Part shown: positions 7,639 to 12,108 of the stretch, in pieces
How positions within the stretch are numbered: position 1 is the first letter of the stretch
Layout: every line of letters starts with the position of its first letter
Assembly: GCA_043820925.1 (NCBI GenBank)
Contig: JBDRDL010000060.1
Coordinates: 1 to 12,108, forward strand
Length of the DNA: 12,108 nucleotides
Source of the DNA: Methanobacteriota archaeon
GTDB taxonomy: Archaea > Hydrothermarchaeota > Hydrothermarchaeia > Hydrothermarchaeales > JACRDW01
Direction: 5' to 3'
Made by a program: the position numbers and the translations under genes
Notes under the pieces: model-generated
Told to the model about the DNA's origin: nothing
The model's database searches: none
Seen by the model: only the letters and a program-made list of their open reading frames with translations

Positions 7639-8344
7639 TCTTCTTCTCAACGTCATTCGTTCTTTCAACGACTGTGCCGGTTACGATTATATCTGCGCCT
7701 GCCTTTACGACTGCAGAAGCTGCTTTTCCTGTTCTTATTCCTCCCCCGACTATGAGCGGAATATCTATTGCGCCTTTTACTGCGGAAATCATTTTTTCAG
7801 GCACGTGCTTCTCTGCACCAGAGCCTGCCTCTAGATAAACGAGTCTCATTCCCAGATACTGCGCAGCCAGGGCATAATTTACGGCTATCTTTGGCTTGTT
7901 CCTCGGCACCAGTCTTGCGTCGCCGATGCGGCCGGCAGTGCCCCCAGGCTCGACCACGACGTAGCCCATTGGAATAGTTTCTATTCCAACTTTTTTCACG
8001 AGGGGAGCGCCTATAGCTTGGGCTCCGGTGATATAGTAAGGGTTTCGAGAGTTGAGCAGGCTCATGAAAAATATTGCATCTGCATATTTTGAGATTCCAG
8101 TAACGTCGCCCGGGAATAGAATGACAGGAATATCGACAGCTTTCTTGATTTCCCTCGCTGTGTTGTCGAGGTTCTTCTGATTTATACCCATGCTGCCCCC
8201 AATCATTATTCCATCAGTCCCGCCTTTATATGCGCCGAGGGCAATTTCCTTTGCAGACTTGGGGGACTGCTTGTCAGGGTCTAAGAGCGTTAAGTGCACT
8301 GCACGCTCTGAGATTTTCTCCTCGAGATATTTTAGGACTTTCAT
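7610..8344 (-). CDS. Geranylgeranylglyceryl phosphate (GGGP) synthase, PcrB/GGGPS family, group II-like
   Basis: HLTLLDPDK, IMIGGS, PVILFPG, SLLNS, YLEAGSGA, GGGIR, GADIIVTG motifs; SD-like GAGGGGGT upstream of ATG. Confidence 0.96.
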   Translation of the reverse strand: MKVLKYLEEKISERAVHLTLLDPDKQSPKSAKEIALGAYKGGTDGIMIGGSMGINQKNLDNTAREIKKAVDIPVILFPGDVTGISKYADAIFFMSLLNSRNPYYITGAQAIGAPLVKKVGIETIPMGYVVVEPGGTAGRIGDARLVPRNKPKIAVNYALAAQYLGMRLVYLEAGSGAEKHVPEKMISAVKGAIDIPLIVGGGIRTGKAASAVVKAGADIIVTGTVVERTNDVEKKIREIVDSSV

Positions 8345-8357
8345 TCTTTGACCCCCT

Positions 8358-8400
8358 CAGCCTTTTTGCAAAAGCGCTGGCGGAAAATTATATTTTGTAT
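8358..8400 (-). promoter_or_regulatory. Possible internal promoter for GGGP synthase with an adjacent palindrome
   Basis: Only sizeable intergenic gap in the cluster (8345-8419). Minus strand reads ACAAAATATAATT (BRE/TATA-like, ~8398-8386), then the perfect palindrome TTTTGCAAAA (8364-8373) within an imperfect CAGC...GCTG stem. Confidence 0.35.
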
Positions 8401-8419
8401 CTGTTCTTTTTGGGGTTTA

Positions 8420-8566
8420 TCATTTCTTGACTTCCTTTCTCTTTGGTCTCAGCGCTCTGGAGCCGCATTTCCTGCACTTCTCTGCGTCCCAGGGATTTCT
8501 TGCGCTGCATTTTCTGCAAATTTTTACGTGAAATAATCTTTTCCCAGCTTCAGGAAATCTAGCCAT
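8420..8566 (-). CDS. rpl40e: 50S ribosomal protein L40e (48 aa; absent from the ORF track)
   Basis: Manual translation [48 protein letters not shown]: two CxxC pairs, ARN and LRPK motifs; SD AAGGAG upstream of ATG 8566. Confidence 0.97.
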   Translation of the reverse strand: MARFPEAGKRLFHVKICRKCSARNPWDAEKCRKCGSRALRPKRKEVKK

Positions 8567-9128
8567 TTCGAACACTCCTTTTGTCAGCCTCCTTCGAACT
8601 TCGACTTTGTCTCGTTCTCAGTCGCCCGACACCGCTGACAAGCGTCGTTCTCGACCGAGAAAGCTGAACCTTCGGTTCATTAGATGCCTCCTTCAGCAGC
8701 TCTGTGTTCAATTCAAAGAAGGTCGGTCCCCACTTGAATTTTGAAAGTATTTTCCTCGCTTCCTCTTCGTAGCCCAGAATGTACAGAGCGGCGCCTATCG
8801 CTTCTGCTGTGCTCAATATATTTGCTTTACCGTAGTTCACAGGATTTGCGGCAATCAGCAGGGGGAGAACTCTGTTCTGCACAGTTTTTCTCAACCGGAA
8901 TACTTCAGCCGCTTTCTTCCAGGAGCAGTCGAGGGCAACTAATCCGTTCTTTAGATATCTCCTGTCCTCCTTCGAAATAACCTCAGCTGCAAACGGGTTT
9001 AGCACGATTGAGTTTTTCGGTATGCCTCGCTGAGTATAAAAAACTTTTGCCAGGTTGAACTTCTTGAGTTTCACAGCAGTGCATGCTTTTTGAGCGCACT
9101 GCCTTGCGTGGTATATTAAGATTTTCAA
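8559..9128 (-). CDS. tsr3: 16S/18S rRNA aminocarboxypropyltransferase Tsr3
   Basis: [42 protein letters not shown] motifs. The TTG start overlaps the GTPase stop (TTGA, 9128-9125). Confidence 0.95.
   Translation of the reverse strand: MKILIYHARQCAQKACTAVKLKKFNLAKVFYTQRGIPKNSIVLNPFAAEVISKEDRRYLKNGLVALDCSWKKAAEVFRLRKTVQNRVLPLLIAANPVNYGKANILSTAEAIGAALYILGYEEEARKILSKFKWGPTFFELNTELLKEASNEPKVQLSRSRTTLVSGVGRLRTRQSRSSKEADKRSVRNG
8587..8694. mobile_element. Putative in-frame palindromic insertion (90 bp plus 9-bp duplication) in the 3' end of tsr3
   Basis: GCCTCCTTC at 8587-8595 and 8686-8694 (99 bp apart, KEA...KEA in the protein). Intervening palindromes: TCGAA-C-TTCGA, GTCG-CC-CGAC, TTCTCG-AC-CGAGAA, TGAACC-TTC-GGTTCA. 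Confidence 0.65.
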
Positions 9129-10702
9129 TTCAATATCCTCGTCACCCTTCCGATTCCCTTGCTTCGCCCCTCTCGAAACACGAACTTCTGCCCTTCCCTT
9201 ATGTAATAGGGCTTGTATTTGAACCGCATCTCAACTCTTCCTCTATCCCCGGCAGCCAGAAAATCAACATCGAGAGGCTCGACGACAACTGTCTCTGAGA
9301 TTGTTTCCAGATGTACAACCGGCTCATAGCCCTTGGAGATTTTCGTTGGATGATTTAAAACAACAACATCTGCTTCGAATTTCCTGCTGCTCTTTAAATC
9401 TCTTCTCGCAGTAATCACCATGCCCCGCTCTACCTCTATTTCCAGTCCCTTCAACGCTATTCCTATGATTTCGCCTACCTCCGCTGTGTCTACTGAAAAA
9501 TGGTGAATTTCTATGGACGAAGCCTTTATTTTATGAAAATCTCCGTCTTTGCTTGGACCTATGAACAGCTCTTCCCCTCGCTTTACTACTCCTTCCTTTA
9601 CGCTTCCGCTCACCACGATACCCGTTCCGGGTACGCTGTAAATCTTGTCTATGTACATCAGAAATTCTCTATTCCTGTCGAACTCTGATGTTCTCTTCGG
9701 CAGGATGTGAAGCAGCTTGTTGAGCAGCTCTAAACCCTCGCCTGTCTTTGCAGAAGTTCTGATAACCGGCACCACTACCTTGGTCCCCCAGAATGCAGGT
9801 AGAAATTCCAGGTCTCTCTCTGACCTTATGAACTTCGCAACCTTGCCTATTATACTCATAAGGTCTGAAATATCTATTTCTAGTTTATTCAAATCTCTGG
9901 CTTTGTCGCATTTGGTTATCGCAATTATTACCGGCAAATCCATTGCAAGCAGTATTCCGAGATGCTCTTTTGTTACGTGCGTAATTTTTTCGTCCCCTGC
10001 TATCGTCAGGATTCCGTAGTCCAGCTTCTGACCTACGATGCCCCGAATCGTTGTTCTCAGCCAGGGCTCGTGACCTACCGTATCTACGAAGGAGACTATC
10101 TTCGCAGCTTTTTCAACAACGCCCGCTTTCTCTTTCTTGCTCAGTGGATTTTTCAGCCTGATTACTCCGCCGCTCTTGTCGAAGCCATAAACTGCATAGG
10201 ATAAATCTGCGCTTAAGCCTCTCTCGATTTCGTGCTTCTGGGTATCTAAATACCTTCGTGTCTTTCCTATTCCGTCGTCGAGCTCTCCGGAAACGAGGGT
10301 GCCGACCAGTGTAGACTTTCCGTGGTCCACATGACCTGCAGTGCCCACGAGCAGGTGCTCTTTTTCCAGCTTCAACCTCTCTATCAAAACTTTGCCAATC
10401 AAGCTGCCGTTGCGGCTTATGGTTTTCTTTTCAGTTGCTGCGAATCCATTCTCCTTTGCTATCGAATCCAGAACTTCAAAGGTCTCCTCCAGCTGCGCTT
10501 TTGCCAGCCCCTTGATTTCGCCGTCGTCGGTAACGCCCAGAAGATATATTGCTCTTCCTTTGCCGTTAAGCACTCTGTACTTCATCTGGGAAGCCAAGCC
10601 CTGCCTTCTGGATTTTTCTAAGTGTATCTTCTTGCTCAGGTATTCTTTGAACTCTACGTTGCCTGTCTCTCCGTTTTTTAAAAGCTCCTCGATTTCGCTC
10701 AT
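9125..10702 (-). CDS. Archaeal GTPBP1-like translational GTPase (EF-Tu/EF-1alpha superfamily) with an N-terminal AlbA_2-like extension
   Basis: N-terminal GETGNVEFKE...YLLGVTDDG; G1 GHVDHGKST, G3 DTVGHEPWLRTT, G4 TKCD, G5 SA; EF-Tu-like domains II/III ending FREGRSKGIG; SD AGGAG upstream. Confidence 0.92.
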   Translation of the reverse strand: MSEIEELLKNGETGNVEFKEYLSKKIHLEKSRRQGLASQMKYRVLNGKGRAIYLLGVTDDGEIKGLAKAQLEETFEVLDSIAKENGFAATEKKTISRNGSLIGKVLIERLKLEKEHLLVGTAGHVDHGKSTLVGTLVSGELDDGIGKTRRYLDTQKHEIERGLSADLSYAVYGFDKSGGVIRLKNPLSKKEKAGVVEKAAKIVSFVDTVGHEPWLRTTIRGIVGQKLDYGILTIAGDEKITHVTKEHLGILLAMDLPVIIAITKCDKARDLNKLEIDISDLMSIIGKVAKFIRSERDLEFLPAFWGTKVVVPVIRTSAKTGEGLELLNKLLHILPKRTSEFDRNREFLMYIDKIYSVPGTGIVVSGSVKEGVVKRGEELFIGPSKDGDFHKIKASSIEIHHFSVDTAEVGEIIGIALKGLEIEVERGMVITARRDLKSSRKFEADVVVLNHPTKISKGYEPVVHLETISETVVVEPLDVDFLAAGDRGRVEMRFKYKPYYIREGQKFVFREGRSKGIGRVTRILN

Positions 10703-10728
10703 CTTAATCTCCTATAGGTTTCTTGCTC

Positions 10729-11814
10729 TTATATTTTTTTAATCTCAAAATCAAAGACAGCATGCCACCGCATGGGCGCATAGGACTTGACGACTCTCTT
10801 TTCCATCAAGTTTGCTTCGCATCCCAGTTCTCTTAGTGCAGTTCTGACCTCTTCTGCCCTGCTTGGAATTTCCTTTTTCATAGCCAGGCTGTGGTAGTGA
10901 ATAACTCCCTTTTCCTTCAGCGCATTCACGGCAGTCTGAAGAAATTTTTCTTGGCTGAAAAAATAGCCCATTATCACTCTGTCTGCGACGTTTTTTGGCG
11001 CAACTTCTCTGCAGTCCCCGAAAATCGGCTCCACATTTCTTAATTTATTCAGCTCTATGTTCTCTTTCAGGTATTCGAAAGCGGCTGGATTTTTATCGAT
11101 GGAAAATACTTTTTTCGGCTTGGAGTGCTTTGCAATCGGAATGCTGAATTGACCTATACCTGCAAACATATCAACGACAACTTCGCTGGCATTCGATATG
11201 TTTGCCATTCTTTTTCTTTCTCCCATGTTTCCAGCAGAAAACATGACTTTCGAAGCATCTAGCTTAAATAAGCAGTAGTTTTCCCTGTGTATAGTTTCTG
11301 TTTTACTGCCAGCAATGACCTCTACTACTGGCTTCCGAAATTCGTCTGTGATTTTCTCTCTATTCAGCACAGTCTTTATTCTTGGAAAAAATTCTAAAAA
11401 TTTTTTCCCGATTATCTGCCTTTTATTTTCTAATTCTCTGGGCAGTTCGAGGATTAAAATTTCGCCGACTATCTCCCAGCCCCCTTTTAAATAGCTTATT
11501 TCCCTCTCGCTCAGCTTAGGTCTCAGAGCCTGCTTTATTTTCTCAAAACTCAGCTTTGGCTTGTAGTACGCTGCGTTGCGCTGGTCTACAATTTCAAAAG
11601 CGGGTATTGCGGGAGCAAGAGCGCATGTCTTGCGCACCAGCTTCGCTATTGCGCCTAGTTCGCTGCGCTTCACTTGCGTAAGCAAGTTCACTAGTGGTAT
11701 CTCCACAAACCCCTTCCTTTCCACAGTCTTTCTGTTTCTGTCAAGCACGCCCGCTTCGAGCAGGTGTTTACGAAGTAATTCTGCATGCTGCTTTTCAACC
11801 CTTGCTGCAAGCAT
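10729..11814 (-). CDS. taw2: Met-10+/Trm5-Taw2 family SAM-dependent enzyme, most likely tRNA(Phe) 4-demethylwyosine aminocarboxypropyltransferase Taw2, long form with N-terminal extension
   Basis: MFSAGNMGERKRM, VVVDMFAGIG, KNP, ENIELN, ADRVIMGY, GVIHYH, VKSYAP. The GNxxERxRM and IMGY motifs fit Taw2 rather than Trm5 (SPRL/MNLP). Confidence 0.8.
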   Translation of the reverse strand: MLAARVEKQHAELLRKHLLEAGVLDRNRKTVERKGFVEIPLVNLLTQVKRSELGAIAKLVRKTCALAPAIPAFEIVDQRNAAYYKPKLSFEKIKQALRPKLSEREISYLKGGWEIVGEILILELPRELENKRQIIGKKFLEFFPRIKTVLNREKITDEFRKPVVEVIAGSKTETIHRENYCLFKLDASKVMFSAGNMGERKRMANISNASEVVVDMFAGIGQFSIPIAKHSKPKKVFSIDKNPAAFEYLKENIELNKLRNVEPIFGDCREVAPKNVADRVIMGYFFSQEKFLQTAVNALKEKGVIHYHSLAMKKEIPSRAEEVRTALRELGCEANLMEKRVVKSYAPMRWHAVFDFEIKKI

Positions 11815-11816
11815 AT

Positions 11817-11999
11817 CTACTCTTCCAGAAATTTCAAGAGAGTCTTTAGATTCCCTACCTCAACGCCAAAAAAAGAGAACAGCCCCTTTGCGTCTTTGCC
11901 TATGCGAATGATTAATTTACCCTCGTGAAATACGCTGACCGTGTATCCTTTATCTTCCATATCCTTAGCAAAACTGCGCAGAGCTTTCAATCTCTCCAT
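11817..11999 (-). CDS. Small hypothetical protein (60 aa)
   Basis: ATG preceded by SD-like GGGGCTGA; stop 2 nt before the taw2 ATG; composition similar to neighbouring genes. Confidence 0.75.
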   Translation of the reverse strand: MERLKALRSFAKDMEDKGYTVSVFHEGKLIIRIGKDAKGLFSFFGVEVGNLKTLLKFLEE

Positions 12000-12106
12000 T
12001 TCAGCCCCTTTATTAATTTTTTAGCATCTTCTATGTTAAAAATTTCGACGTCTATGTTTTTGCCGTTTGGTCTAATCTCCAAAATCTTTTTATTTTCGAC
12101 AAAGAT
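11987..12106 (-). CDS. Hypothetical protein, 3' end only (runs off the window)
   Basis: Manual translation ...IFVENKKILEIRPNGKNIDVEIFNIEDAKKLIKGLKWRD*; overlaps the next gene by 13 bp. Confidence 0.65.
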   Translation of the reverse strand: MFVENKKILEIRPNGKNIDVEIFNIEDAKKLIKGLKWRD

Positions 12107-12108
12107 AT

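Noticed and set aside
8587..8694. tRNA, CRISPR repeat-spacer unit or classical MITE
   Set aside because: No cloverleaf or T-loop consensus; the repeat is only 9 bp and occurs twice; no terminal inverted repeats.
9125..10702. SelB or EF-1alpha call for the GTPase
   Set aside because: The ~110-aa N-terminal extension, DTVGHEPWLRTT and TKCD fit the archaeal GTPBP1-like group instead.
10729..11814. Trm5 (m1G37 methyltransferase) call
   Set aside because: Lacks the Trm5 SPRL and MNLP motifs and has Taw2-type GNxxERxRM and IMGY. Not fully excluded without a phylogeny.
7571..11911. Plus-strand ORFs opposite the housekeeping genes
   Set aside because: They overlap well-supported minus-strand genes, including rpl40e, and lack motifs.

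Overview
Archaeal (euryarchaeal-type) window with two convergent halves. On the + strand, 1-7638 is the 3' part of a giant gene (>2545 aa, frame open from base 1) for a secreted/surface protein. In order it has: the tail of an alkaline-phosphatase-superfamily domain, Cys-containing Ig-like repeats, FN3, a CBM-like jelly roll, further Ig-like domains, an intact subtilisin (S8) with its propeptide, two PEGA domains and a DxDGDG-containing C-terminal domain. Its notable feature is nesting: the propeptide+S8 cassette interrupts one Ig-like domain, and a second Ig-like domain is interrupted by a 472-aa insert that appears to be nested further. On the - strand is a tightly packed housekeeping cluster: two small hypothetical genes, taw2, an archaeal GTPBP1-type GTPase, tsr3, rpl40e (missed by the ORF track) and GGGP synthase. 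tsr3 carries a 99-bp in-frame, hairpin-rich segment bounded by a 9-bp direct repeat, and taw2 may carry a similar one, suggesting protein-coding palindromic elements. All family calls are by eye from motifs; no searches were run.
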